The notes: generated by a model from the letters alone, not told the origin. Shown: positions 8,171-18,223, counted from the first letter of the stretch. The stretch: 64,000 nt of DNA from an uncultured virus (IMG/VR IMGVR_UViG_2667527573_000005) (IMGVR_UViG_2667527573_000005:62001-126000), one strand, 5' to 3'. A program made the numbers and translations.

Positions 8171-9133
8171 TTATTTAGATTTAGTTTTCTCTAAAGGTGA
8201 GTTTTCTTTTATACTGAACACACTAAATTCACCTTTAAAACCACATTCTTTAATTTTATTCTTAAATAATTCTCCAGTTTCTTCGTAATTAAAATCATTT
8301 AAAAACCATGTAATATTCTCTGTATCTAACCTTTTGCAAATTTCTCTAATGTATGGAAGGTCAACATCTGAAAAAGAAAAACCGTATGAGTATACTTTTT
8401 CTATATCACCAGACAGTAATTCATAGAATTCTTCTTGTGCACGTTCTATTATTTCTTTTGTATTTTTTCTTAATGCTGAATGAATTTGGGCCAATGAATA
8501 TTCAGATCCGACAAATGAATTTATTATTTCTTTATCATCTTCCCCGTGTCCAATTATTATTTCATTGTTTTGTTGCCCATGTATTGGGTATACGTCATAG
8601 GCTTCATATACCTCTTCTAACACTGGCGTGTAATTAAAAGTTAAAAAAGTGTCTTCTAAGGAGTTTATCAGAGATTCAAAAGAATCTTTTGGTTCTACAT
8701 CAGAGACATCAATAGTATTAATCCATTCCGAAAACAAGTCTTTTATTTTTAAACTTGCCAAGTAAAAGTTGGCGGCAGCATCTTCATTTCTATAAGCCAT
8801 TCTAAAAAGAGAAGAATCATCATTTTCATCTTCGAATAAAGTTTCCATAACGTATAAGTCGTTATCGAAATTTAGTCTACCTAGGCTAGATTCAAAGTCA
8901 TTCCAGTCTTCTCCACTAACTTCTGAGATGACATTGATAAGAAAAGCAACAAGTTCATCTGTGTTAAACTCCTCTGAACCATCAGGCATCTGGATCGTTT
9001 GAATACCAAATGAAGGATCTAAGCCTTCTGCATCAGGATATGTTTTCAATAAATAATTGTAGAAATCTTTATACCTTGTCGGTAAACCATGTGCTAAGTC
9101 GAAACCATTGCCTATAATAAATAAACTACTCAT
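8171..9133 (-). CDS. AbiH-family abortive infection protein
   Basis: LFIIGNGFDLAHGL, LTFNYT, IHG, IIGHG, GFSFSDVDLPY motifs. Confidence 0.88.
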   Translation of the reverse strand: MSSLFIIGNGFDLAHGLPTRYKDFYNYLLKTYPDAEGLDPSFGIQTIQMPDGSEEFNTDELVAFLINVISEVSGEDWNDFESSLGRLNFDNDLYVMETLFEDENDDSSLFRMAYRNEDAAANFYLASLKIKDLFSEWINTIDVSDVEPKDSFESLINSLEDTFLTFNYTPVLEEVYEAYDVYPIHGQQNNEIIIGHGEDDKEIINSFVGSEYSLAQIHSALRKNTKEIIERAQEEFYELLSGDIEKVYSYGFSFSDVDLPYIREICKRLDTENITWFLNDFNYEETGELFKNKIKECGFKGEFSVFSIKENSPLEKTKSK

Positions 9134-9192
9134 TTTTTCGCTCCAATTAAGTTTTATTAAAAATCTTCCAATGCTAGGGGAATATGTCCTCT

Positions 9193-9417
9193 CTAATCTT
9201 CAAAGTGATAAGAACAATAAACTGAGTTGCTATCTTCATCAATAAAATATGTATTCTGGATTAAGAAATTTGTAAAGCCAGCTGTTTTGAGTATCGCTTT
9301 ACTCATCAGAAGCATATCCATCTGGATATCATAATCAGTTAGAAGATCCAAATTTGTAGTAAACGCTGCATGTAATTCAAAGAAAGAATTATCAAATTTA
9401 AAGTTTAAGATTTTCAT
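9193..9417 (-). CDS. Hypothetical protein
   Basis: 74 aa, RBS GGTGGGGG, upstream TATAAT. Confidence 0.6.
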   Translation of the reverse strand: MKILNFKFDNSFFELHAAFTTNLDLLTDYDIQMDMLLMSKAILKTAGFTNFLIQNTYFIDEDSNSVYCSYHFED

Positions 9418-9483
9418 GACAATCCCCCACCTTACCGTTTCCTTTATTATACAGTGAGATCTTATCTAATTAAAACTGCTGTT

Positions 9484-9765
9484 TTATCCAGTTATTATCT
9501 CAGGATTTTTATCTGCTTTGTTTTCGACTTTTCCTATTCTTACAACCGAGATCAAATCCCCATCCCATTCAATAACACTAGCATAATAGAATAACTGACT
9601 GTCTTTTTCATAAAGCTCTGTTCTGATACGTTCATACCACTTATGACCAAGGTAAGGATAGTCATATTTAAACTGCCCTTTATATGTAAAACCCATCTGT
9701 TCCATTGCTTCGTCAAGTTTACCTACTGGGCTAACTAACCTTATATCTAACATTATTTCTTCCAT
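9484..9765 (-). CDS. Hypothetical phage protein
   Basis: 93 aa, RBS GGAGAG. Confidence 0.7.
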   Translation of the reverse strand: MEEIMLDIRLVSPVGKLDEAMEQMGFTYKGQFKYDYPYLGHKWYERIRTELYEKDSQLFYYASVIEWDGDLISVVRIGKVENKADKNPEIITG

Positions 9766-9800
9766 CGTTATTTCTCTCCATTCTGTTTAAAATTGTTGTT

Positions 9801-10004
9801 TTATTGAGAATACAGAAATTTCTTAGCCACTTCATCAATGTGCTTTTCAAGCCCTCCAATTGTAGCTCGTGTATTAGTTTTCGCACATTCACGAATATAG
9901 ATCGTTACGTTTTCTCCTAATTCTGTAAGCCAATCTATACCGCACTGTCCTTCATAAGCTTCTTTTTCATATGATTCTAGCTTTTCTAGAAATCTTTTTC
10001 CCAT
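9801..10004 (-). CDS. Hypothetical phage protein
   Basis: 67 aa, RBS AAAGGAG. Confidence 0.7.
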   Translation of the reverse strand: MGKRFLEKLESYEKEAYEGQCGIDWLTELGENVTIYIRECAKTNTRATIGGLEKHIDEVAKKFLYSQ

Positions 10005-10028
10005 TTCAGCCTTCTCCTTTCTGTTAAT

Positions 10029-10250
10029 TTAAGAAATCCCCAACTTCTTCAAACATACTTTGCAAGCCCATTCCTTATTTGCCATCAGCTCAGATTCTTC
10101 TATTCCAGTTTCGAAAAAATCTGTATTTTGACCATACTTTCCACAAATAGATTTGTTATCAACAAAGGCATGATATTTCGCTTTTGGATGAACCCATTCA
10201 TAATCTGTTTTATTGCTCTGGATTGGCAACTGCCAGACTATTTTATTCAT
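10029..10250 (-). CDS. Small His/Cys-rich putative zinc-binding protein (73 aa)
   Basis: Likely start MNKIVWQ overlapping upstream stop; KYHAF..SICG..CKVC. Confidence 0.65.
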   Translation of the reverse strand: MNKIVWQLPIQSNKTDYEWVHPKAKYHAFVDNKSICGKYGQNTDFFETGIEESELMANKEWACKVCLKKLGIS

Positions 10251-10374
10251 CCCTGCCCTCTTTATCATTCTCATATGATTCAATTTGCTGATTAACCAGA
10301 TCAATAACACTTGGTTGCTCTTCATTCAACTTCTTAACTGTATTCATCCATTCGTTGTGGCTAACTTCTTTCAT
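10243..10374 (-). CDS. Small hypothetical protein (43 aa)
   Basis: Hand-translated MKEVSHNEWMNTVKKLNEEQPSV...GRDE; RBS GGAGAGG; overlaps next start. Confidence 0.6.
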   Translation of the reverse strand: MKEVSHNEWMNTVKKLNEEQPSVIDLVNQQIESYENDKEGRDE

Positions 10375-10422
10375 TTTTAACCTCTCCATTCTGTTTTGAA
10401 TTGTTATTTTATTCATATTTCT

Positions 10423-10677
10423 TTAAGGTAATAAAGCTACACTTTCACCTGTTTGTATAAAGTATGCACGTTGTAAGAATGTTACAGTATGGTCGTGTTT
10501 ACCTTCCATATATTCTTTAGCTTCTTTATTTCTCCATGCAAAATAAGATTCACGATCATTCACATAAACTTTTCCACTTTTAACTTCTTCGATACAAACC
10601 ATAGCATTATCAGCAAACCATTTTCTTGTTTTTTGAATTGATTCATCTGTTAGTTGTACCCCATTAAATCTTGTCAT
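10423..10677 (-). CDS. Hypothetical phage protein
   Basis: 84 aa ORF, RBS-like GGTGATGG. Confidence 0.7.
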   Translation of the reverse strand: MTRFNGVQLTDESIQKTRKWFADNAMVCIEEVKSGKVYVNDRESYFAWRNKEAKEYMEGKHDHTVTFLQRAYFIQTGESVALLP

Positions 10678-10722
10678 ACTACCATCACCATTCTGTTTAA
10701 AATATGCATTTTATTTAGATTC

Positions 10723-12519
10723 TTAGCAAACAAGTTCATGTTTCCTATACTCATCAAAAAACATATTACAGTGACCAATTTGACTAAGATACAGGCTCTC
10801 CTTAGGTCTTGTTACGCCGACATAAAATAATCTTGCTTCGTCTAAAAGATCGCTTTTTCTATGAGGAAACTTACCATCTTCAACCCCAATTAAAAACACA
10901 TGTTTAAATTCTAGACCCTTGCTTGCGTGAATACTCATTAATCGCACCGCATTTTCATTTTTCTTTTTACTTGGCTTGCTGCCGTATACAAAATTAATGA
11001 ACTGCTCTAAGTTATTATTCTTAACAAATTTCTTCATGGTATTGAGAGATTCTTTTCTGTCAGTTATCTCATCTTCATCAAGGTATTTCTCTTCTATGTA
11101 ATCATTCATTCTGAAAGTTTTAACTACATTGTCGATCAATTCTTCCACTGCAATCCCTTTAAGCACTTGCATTTGGAGTTTATTAATCATACTTTGGAAT
11201 TTCAAGACATTATCGTTTTGAGTCGGACGATCAAATCTCATATTTAACATGGCCTCATATAAGGACATATTTGTTTGTCCGGCAAATGACTCAACATCTT
11301 TTAAATTCTTATTACTAAAATAACGAAATGGATCATTCCTTAGTGTGAAAATATCTCGAAAGGCTGCATCATCATGTGGATCACGAATTAATCTTAAATA
11401 AGCTACAATCCCTTTTACCTCTTTTCTCTTGAAAAAGCTCCCATTATTAGTAATATCATATTCAATTTCACGCCTTTTTAATTCATTCTCAACATAGCTA
11501 GAATGAGAGTTTAATCTATAAAGGACACAAATTTCTGATGGTTTTTCACCGGCTTTAAGCAATGTTTCAATTTTATCAGCTGTATTAAGACCTTCTGCTT
11601 CTCTGTCCTGATACGTTAGTGTTTGAATATCGCCATTGTTATGAATATTAGGGACGGAGTCTGCGTAATGTTCATAGTCACCATAGTATTCCTTGATAAA
11701 GCTGTTTGCGTTATCAACTATGTTTTTATTTGATCTATAATTTGTATCCAGGTTAATCACAGTGGCGTTTTCCCAATCCTTTTCAAACTCCATACAATAC
11801 TCAGTATTGCCGCCTCTAAATGTGTAAATAGCTTGTCTATAATCGAATAAGCAGAATATGTTACCAGAGGCGCAAAGTTCTTTTAAAATGAGATTTTGTA
11901 CTAAGTTAGAATCTTGATGCTCGTCTACAAGAATAAATTCATACGTATACTTATGTTTATTGTTTTTTAGCACCTTGTAACACTCCAATAAATAATCATC
12001 ATAATCGTACAGTCCGTTTTTGGATTTAAAAGCCTCATACTCCTTATAGAAGAGACGTAATTGCTCCTCGGTATATTTACTCTCTTTAATTAAAAACTCG
12101 TCTGTGTAGCCCCTTAAAAAGTTCTTTTGGTAGCTGATGAAACCCGTAATGTCTTTAATGTCTGGTTTCTCTTCAAGTGATTTAAAACAGTTTTCTCGCT
12201 GCCATTCTTTAATCGTATTTTTCTCGTTAATTTCAATTCCCTCTTTGAGAAGAATGTTGCGGCATACTGAATGAAATGTACCTACATTCACACTAGTTAA
12301 TTTCTGCTTATGTAATTTCTTCTTAAGCTCATTTGCAGTATTACGCGTAAAACTGATGGCTAAAATATCCTCTTGATCTTCACCGTAATCCCTCACCAAT
12401 GTTTTAACACGGTTAAGGAGAACGGTGCTTTTACCGCTCCCTGCCCCTGCAATGACTGCGCAAGCTCCTTTATAAAAATTAATCGCTTCTAATTGTTGTT
12501 TGTTAAATTTTACAGTCAT
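10723..12519 (-). CDS. UvrD/PcrA-like SF1 DNA helicase
   Basis: AGAGSGKS, ISFT, VGTFHS, LVDEHQD, QAIYTFRG, NYRS, SIHASKGLEF, RLFYVGVTR. Confidence 0.93.
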   Translation of the reverse strand: MTVKFNKQQLEAINFYKGACAVIAGAGSGKSTVLLNRVKTLVRDYGEDQEDILAISFTRNTANELKKKLHKQKLTSVNVGTFHSVCRNILLKEGIEINEKNTIKEWQRENCFKSLEEKPDIKDITGFISYQKNFLRGYTDEFLIKESKYTEEQLRLFYKEYEAFKSKNGLYDYDDYLLECYKVLKNNKHKYTYEFILVDEHQDSNLVQNLILKELCASGNIFCLFDYRQAIYTFRGGNTEYCMEFEKDWENATVINLDTNYRSNKNIVDNANSFIKEYYGDYEHYADSVPNIHNNGDIQTLTYQDREAEGLNTADKIETLLKAGEKPSEICVLYRLNSHSSYVENELKRREIEYDITNNGSFFKRKEVKGIVAYLRLIRDPHDDAAFRDIFTLRNDPFRYFSNKNLKDVESFAGQTNMSLYEAMLNMRFDRPTQNDNVLKFQSMINKLQMQVLKGIAVEELIDNVVKTFRMNDYIEEKYLDEDEITDRKESLNTMKKFVKNNNLEQFINFVYGSKPSKKKNENAVRLMSIHASKGLEFKHVFLIGVEDGKFPHRKSDLLDEARLFYVGVTRPKESLYLSQIGHCNMFFDEYRKHELVC

Positions 12520-12520
12520 T

Positions 12521-13138
12521 CTAAATAATCCCCCCTTTTGTTCCCTCTTCTGTTTTTTCTAAATATGTAAATAAAGCATTGACTTTCTCTTGTTGAAGTG
12601 AATTATTTTCATGCATAGCTATGTATTCGTTAATTTTCTTGTCAATATATTTTCTGCTCGGCGTCCATCTTTTAACAATTTTCAAAGCAGCTTCAAAGTC
12701 GTTAATGTTAATACTCGAAGTATTAGGTACATTTAGAGCTTCAGATACTTTTCCATAGCATTGCATCAACAACCCTCTATAAAATAAAAGGTGCTCTGGA
12801 CTGCCAATTGGCTTTACATAATCAAACACTTTACTTTTAGCAGCATTTTTAAACTCCATAAATTTTCCTGATTTATCATGTTGGAAGGTAAAGAATGTTT
12901 CATCATATTCTTTAAATTTGCCTTCCATCTTTGAAATTTCTTCTGCATTTTCACTTTCTTTTAAAGACAACTGCTCAACTTGCAGCTCCAGCTCTTTTTG
13001 TTTATCAGCCATTTTTATAAAATCTTCACTTAATCTATTCACTTTTAAGCTTAATACCTTGTCCATGAGCATATCAATTTCTCCATTTGACATCTTGTTC
13101 AATTCCAATTCATTAATCGCCATATTAAACCACCTCAA
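12521..13138 (-). CDS. Coiled-coil protein with ORF6C-like C-terminal domain
   Basis: LNVPNTSSININDFEAALKIVKRWTP resembles ORF6C. Confidence 0.6.
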   Translation of the reverse strand: MRWFNMAINELELNKMSNGEIDMLMDKVLSLKVNRLSEDFIKMADKQKELELQVEQLSLKESENAEEISKMEGKFKEYDETFFTFQHDKSGKFMEFKNAAKSKVFDYVKPIGSPEHLLFYRGLLMQCYGKVSEALNVPNTSSININDFEAALKIVKRWTPSRKYIDKKINEYIAMHENNSLQQEKVNALFTYLEKTEEGTKGGII

Positions 13139-14042
13139 TAATATTATTTTTATTCGTAATTTTTCTCATTTCTTTGCACCAGGATTCCACATGCCCGATT
13201 ACAGAATCAAGATTGTTCATTATAATTTGATTGTCACTCATATTCCTAATGGCCTTTGCATACTTTACAGGCGCTAAACTACCTTTTAGTAGTTTTTCAA
13301 TCTCCCAAACCATTTCAGAAAGCTCTGAAGTGGCCTCAACTTGTCTCCCTAGATCATCCTGTTCTCTTGTTACGGCCTTTAATTTGTTTGTTAGCTCCTC
13401 GTATTCTTTTACTTTCACATCACTCCTTTCAAGTTGTTGCTCTAAGATCATTTTTTGTTTTGATAAGTTTTCATATTTTTTATTTTTATACTCTAATTCT
13501 TTTTTTAATGTGTCTATTTGTTTGTAGTCAGTGTTATCAATGACTTTTTCAACAACTGTCTTGTTTTTCTTTTCTTGGTTTAATTCATAACTAAGATTCT
13601 TATTATCCTCTTCAGCTTTCCTCAACTTAGCTTCAAGTTCTTTGTATTCCTTTAATGTCTTAACTTCTCCATTTAAGACTGCTTCCTTAGCTTGTTTCTT
13701 TGATTCTGTTGATTCTGATGAAGGTTTTGCAATTTCGTAAGTTAAGGATACTGGCAGGTCTTCGATAATACTTTGATTGTCGGAATTTCCGACAATCAAA
13801 TCATAGCGTTGAATTAAACCATATGCTCTATCTTTTTTAAAGCCTATTGATTCCACCCATTCTCGGAAGCATCCATACCCATTCTTCGCTAAGGCATCCT
13901 GAGCCTCTTTCAACTCTTTTCCTAATTCTGTGTAAGCTTTACCTACAATCTCGCGCATATTAAATTCTTTTTGTTTAAGGAAATCAGCAGTTGATTGATC
14001 GACTAAATCATATTTGAACTCTGTTGATAATTCTTTTGTCAT
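13125..14042 (-). CDS. DUF3102-like DNA-binding/coiled-coil phage protein
   Basis: ELGKELKEAQ...YGCFREWVESIGF...AY pattern followed by long coiled coil. Confidence 0.6.
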   Translation of the reverse strand: MTKELSTEFKYDLVDQSTADFLKQKEFNMREIVGKAYTELGKELKEAQDALAKNGYGCFREWVESIGFKKDRAYGLIQRYDLIVGNSDNQSIIEDLPVSLTYEIAKPSSESTESKKQAKEAVLNGEVKTLKEYKELEAKLRKAEEDNKNLSYELNQEKKNKTVVEKVIDNTDYKQIDTLKKELEYKNKKYENLSKQKMILEQQLERSDVKVKEYEELTNKLKAVTREQDDLGRQVEATSELSEMVWEIEKLLKGSLAPVKYAKAIRNMSDNQIIMNNLDSVIGHVESWCKEMRKITNKNNIIEVV

Positions 14043-14047
14043 TGTCT

Positions 14048-14902
14048 TTACATCCTTTCCAAGTTGCCGTTCCGATCCATTTTTAACTTTATGTTCTTCA
14101 AAGGGTTGTCCTCTTTTTTAACTTTTGTTGATTTGGAACCCTCTTCATCATGATCAATCAACTCACTTGCTATAAGCTCTTGAAGCTTGTCTATTCTTTT
14201 CTTCTGGCTTTTAACTTTGTTGCTAAGTTTATTGATCTTGTCGTCTTTATCAGCTAATAGTTTGTTTGTTCCAGTCTTCTCATGTTTCAAGGACAAAATT
14301 TCGTTTTTAAGATCAAAGATTTCTTTTGTTGAGGTTTCTGACATTTTTTGCACAGATTGTTGCATATTAAAAATCGGTGTTAGCAATTTCTTTACCTCAT
14401 TTAGAATTTGTATATTGTTCGACTTCATCATTTCTTTAATCACATTTGTATTTGAAGCAGGAGCAACAACTTCTTTCCTTTCATGAAAAACCGATGGAAC
14501 AAACTCTTGTTGAGCACCGTCCTCCTCATCTGTGAGTTCTTTTCTTACCTTAATGGCTGTATCTGAATTTTTAAGGATCATTGCCAATCTTAAAGCTGCT
14601 CTTTTAGGAACGATATATAGCTTAATGAATTTCCCAGGCATATTATATTTATGCTTAAATCCTTCAAGCTCTAATCCTTCTAGTTTCTTTAGTCCATCTT
14701 CAACCAAAACCTCATTATTTCTGTGAATGTATGTAGTCAATGTAGGTACTTTCATTCCGAAATACTCTGACAAGAATTTAATTGAAGTATGTTTTTTGTC
14801 ACCTAGCATTTTTAACTTTTTCACTTTGTCCAAGACGTCAATTCGATCCATGTACTGCTCTCTTTCACTTTCTTTGATTAAATATAGATTGGTATTCTTC
14901 AT
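14048..14902 (-). CDS. Antirepressor-like N-terminal domain plus coiled coil
   Basis: DVLDKVK..LSEYF..YIHRN..LVEDG..KRAALRLAMIL..S..A..VR pattern; RBS GAGGAG. Confidence 0.55.
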   Translation of the reverse strand: MKNTNLYLIKESEREQYMDRIDVLDKVKKLKMLGDKKHTSIKFLSEYFGMKVPTLTTYIHRNNEVLVEDGLKKLEGLELEGFKHKYNMPGKFIKLYIVPKRAALRLAMILKNSDTAIKVRKELTDEEDGAQQEFVPSVFHERKEVVAPASNTNVIKEMMKSNNIQILNEVKKLLTPIFNMQQSVQKMSETSTKEIFDLKNEILSLKHEKTGTNKLLADKDDKINKLSNKVKSQKKRIDKLQELIASELIDHDEEGSKSTKVKKEDNPLKNIKLKMDRNGNLERM

Positions 14903-14958
14903 GTTATGTATTCTCCTCTTTAAATTTTTTAAGTTTAATGCGCCCTTAAAACATTATA

Positions 14959-15062
14959 TTTTATTTTTATTCTTAAAGTATATTCACTTCACTGTTGCTT
15001 TAACTTGATTAGAGTATAGCATGAGTATTTAAAATTAACAATAGTTATTTTATTTTTATTCT
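14959..15062 (-). promoter_or_regulatory. SigA promoter of helicase operon flanked by two AGAATAAAAATAAAA repeats
   Basis: TTGTTA-17-TATACT with extended TG (15041..15013); repeats at 14959-14973 and 15048-15062. Confidence 0.7.
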
Positions 15063-15261
15063 AAAAAAAGAAGAACATATTATCGAGGTTCAGCTTGCTG
15101 AAACGAGACGGCCGTAAAGTGCCCTTCTTTACGGACGTATGTACTTAAAATGTTCTCCTTTTTTAAAATTTATTTTTATACCCTTTCCCTAAAGACTTAG
15201 GCTCTGAAACCCTTGATATGACTGACTTTTTTTCAAAGTTTAAGAGGTTTGTTCTATTAAC

Positions 15262-16479
15262 CTATTCATTTAACCATTCTAAAAGCAGCTTCCTCATTCT
15301 TAAAGATGGAATGAATAATGTTATTTCTTTTCCATCTCTTATACCTGATCTCCATATCCACTGTACTAATTCAGATAAAGCAAACAAATCCTGATCAATT
15401 GTGATATTATATTTATTCTTAAAGTAACTATAAAGGATTGTATTAACGTATCTGTTTATTGTATAAGCTAAATGTTTCTTATGTTTAAATTCATTTGTAG
15501 CACGTGCATTACAGGAAACAAAACCTTTTGTATATCCATTACCTTTTATTTTATTCTTATGTTCTGAATAGGTCGTCCACATTGCTTCATCACTTGATGA
15601 CTTAACAATGTTGTTAAAGTAATTGAATACATTGTTCTTTACCTTCTTGATTGTATAAGGTGACTTATCTTTGTACCAGGTTGATGATAATGAATAATCT
15701 AACTGGCCTACAGCATTCAAGTTACCTTCATAAATTTTAATCTTATTACGGATCATTTTCTTAACGTTGTTCTCAAAGTCTTTATTGTATTGAGTAAATC
15801 GGTATTCCCCATCTACATAGGATGAGACATACTTTTCATAAGCAATATCATTTACATCATAATAATATCTTTGTATCTGAGCATCAAACATGTAAGTTAA
15901 TATGTAAACCTCTTTAAACAATTTGAATACCTCAGCTGGAAATTTCCAAATCAATATACTGTCTTTAAAATAAACAAGATTATTGTTCAATGCCATGTCT
16001 CTAATGTCATTGTAACGTGTCTCATAATCCCTTTTATCTTCGTTCCATTTAACAAATCCATCTTCAACATAGATAAGATTAGAATCAAATAGTGTTGTAA
16101 GATCATGTGTCTTCACTTGTAGCTGCTCAACTACTTCCATAACCTCATCTAATATTAAAGTATAGTTACCTGAAAGGATAAGCTCTTTTGTTTCATCGTT
16201 TGCGTTCTTAAATAGGTTATGAGTTGCAACAATGTTTTTATTCTGTGATAAGAGTTCATGAAGTGATTCAAATTTATATTGAGTCTTATCCCCTTTTGTT
16301 CTTACTTTAGGTTCATACATTTGTCTGTTGGTTACACTTTTCTTTATCCGCTCAACCTCATTAAGATAAGGTGTGACAAATATAAAGTTATCTTCTGGGT
16401 TAGCGTTGTTCATGTAGTTAATAGCTGCTGATGTCTTACCAGATCCCATTATGGAATCAACTACTTTAACCTTATTCAT
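15262..16479 (-). CDS. yonV: YonV-like P-loop helicase-like protein
   Basis: MGSGKT Walker A, LILDE Walker B, QWIWRSGIR; 405 aa; synteny after yonT-yoyJ-yonU. Confidence 0.75.
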   Translation of the reverse strand: MNKVKVVDSIMGSGKTSAAINYMNNANPEDNFIFVTPYLNEVERIKKSVTNRQMYEPKVRTKGDKTQYKFESLHELLSQNKNIVATHNLFKNANDETKELILSGNYTLILDEVMEVVEQLQVKTHDLTTLFDSNLIYVEDGFVKWNEDKRDYETRYNDIRDMALNNNLVYFKDSILIWKFPAEVFKLFKEVYILTYMFDAQIQRYYYDVNDIAYEKYVSSYVDGEYRFTQYNKDFENNVKKMIRNKIKIYEGNLNAVGQLDYSLSSTWYKDKSPYTIKKVKNNVFNYFNNIVKSSSDEAMWTTYSEHKNKIKGNGYTKGFVSCNARATNEFKHKKHLAYTINRYVNTILYSYFKNKYNITIDQDLFALSELVQWIWRSGIRDGKEITLFIPSLRMRKLLLEWLNE

Positions 16480-16566
16480 TTAGCATCTCCTTTTGATTTA
16501 ATTAAAATAAAGGAACGATAAATGTTTACCGCTCCTTATTTACAGTTTGATATTTAACTGGTGTGT

Positions 16567-16725
16567 TCAAGGTTCATGTTGTTTAACTTTGCTTATCTCT
16601 TCTCTGTACTCTAAAAGGTCTGAATCAATTCTGACAGTTGCTTCTTTGATGGAGTCAATATCTTTCTTGAGCATTTCCAATTCCTTTGTTAGCTGCTGAA
16701 TAGTATCCAGGAATTTTTTCTCCAC
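16567..16725 (-). CDS. yonU: YonU-like small coiled-coil protein (52 aa)
   Basis: Hand-translated MEKKFLDTIQQLTKELEMLKKDIDSIKEAT...; RBS GAGGTGA. Confidence 0.65.
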   Translation of the reverse strand: MEKKFLDTIQQLTKELEMLKKDIDSIKEATVRIDSDLLEYREEISKVKQHEP

Positions 16726-16769
16726 TCATCTCACCTCAATGATTTAATTATACCATGAGGCCTATAAGA

Positions 16770-17021
16770 TTAGTGAGACTTGTTTCTTAGATTAAGGAAT
16801 ACAAAATAGATGATCCACAACAATATGGCAATGATACATGTGACTATGAATATTATATTGATTAGTGTTTGTGCTTCGCTGCTGAAGTAATCATTGATGA
16901 GCTGAAACATTAAGAATAAGCCAATGAAAGTGATATGAGTAAACCATAGTGAGAATCGTTTCATGTTTACAATGTGCTTGATCATGTTATAATATGGGTA
17001 GGAACTAAAGGAGAAGTTCAT
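16770..17021 (-). CDS. yoyJ: YoyJ small membrane protein
   Basis: 83 aa, two TM segments, directly after yonT. Confidence 0.75.
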   Translation of the reverse strand: MNFSFSSYPYYNMIKHIVNMKRFSLWFTHITFIGLFLMFQLINDYFSSEAQTLINIIFIVTCIIAILLWIIYFVFLNLRNKSH

Positions 17022-17105
17022 TCCCCTTTAGCTTAGCTCTCATCGGCGTATACGTTGGCGTTGTCTCTTTGGTCGGAGCCGCTTGCGTATACGCTTTTTC
17101 TTTTT
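17000..17105 (+). ncRNA. SR6-like antisense antitoxin RNA (ends approximate)
   Basis: TTTACA 16966-16971 / TG-n-TATAAT 16988-16993; overlaps yoyJ RBS and yonT 3' end; GCGTATACG/CGTATACGC stem then T-run. Confidence 0.75.
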
Positions 17106-17216
17106 GCTTGTCCCATTCTTTAGGTTTCTTATCTTCTCAACTATTGTTAGACTGTTGATTGTAAGAACCGTTAAAGATATGAGGAAAGCAACTATGATAC
17201 CCACTTTCTCAAGCAC
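17040..17216 (-). CDS. yonT: YonT type I toxin (58 aa)
   Basis: GTG start with RBS AAGGAGG; MLEKVGIIVAFLISLTVLTINSL...KKKKRIRKRLRPKRQRQRIRR. Confidence 0.9.
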   Translation of the reverse strand: MLEKVGIIVAFLISLTVLTINSLTIVEKIRNLKNGTSKKKKRIRKRLRPKRQRQRIRR

Positions 17217-18223
17217 TATGTACACCTCCTTTCCTATGACTCTATTATAACACAATTCACCTATTAAGTCATTTTATTTTTATTCTAAATATGGATTTTT
17301 TAAAATTATTTTGGACTATTATTCATGGGTGTTTATAGGCTGTATAAGGCGTGTATGTGGATTGGATACCCAATGTACTATGATTCATTTAAAATTGATT
17401 CTAGGTGCATTAGAATGATTCTGATGATGCCTAGTTACTGTGTTATGGGATGGGTATATAATGATGTGTGGTGAAGATAAATGTGTTTTAGGTAAGATGA
17501 GGATAGGAAATGGTGGATGTAATGAGATGAAGGATGAGAAGGAATATTATTAGAGTGAATATAAAATAGGTGTATGAATTGATGAGTATAGAATAGATAA
17601 AAAATAAGACTTCGATTTGCTTCCTTTCGTTATATACACGATTATTTTTAATGAATGGGTATTCACTTTTAAATTGACCACTTAATTATTTTTTCAAAAA
17701 TAACTATTGTTTTTCATTTGAAATTGTGTTAGCTGTGCAAATTTATCAGCCAAATTATAAAAACCCTACATAACGTATCTTATATAGGGAATTCAATACC
17801 AATATATAGGGGTATATTAACATCTAAAGGTAAAATTAAGGGAACGAATGTACCCATAGCACTTCCATTTCCACACCCTATCCAAAATTTCATTTTCCCA
17901 ATTTCACATTAAATCGTCCTTTTTCACATCGTAATCGTTATCGTAAAATCCTATATTATCAGTGTTTTTCCCTCTTCAAATTTCTCCTTTTTCATCAATT
18001 TCTCCTTAAAACGACTTCTTTCCCCTACTCTCACTTACGTTTTACGATCGTTTGCCCCCTATTCACTAATTAAAGTATCAAATATCCTTATTTTTACTGT
18101 CTTTTTTAGCCCTTTATAAATTTTTACGATAAACATATTTTTCGTGCAAATAACATTACGATATGCAAACCAAATCCAAAATAAAAAAGGTGATCTTAAT
18201 TCGATCACCACCTTTTCTTGTGT

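Noticed and set aside
9471..10713. CRISPR array
   Set aside because: Repeats are degenerate, the intervals are whole genes, and there are no cas genes
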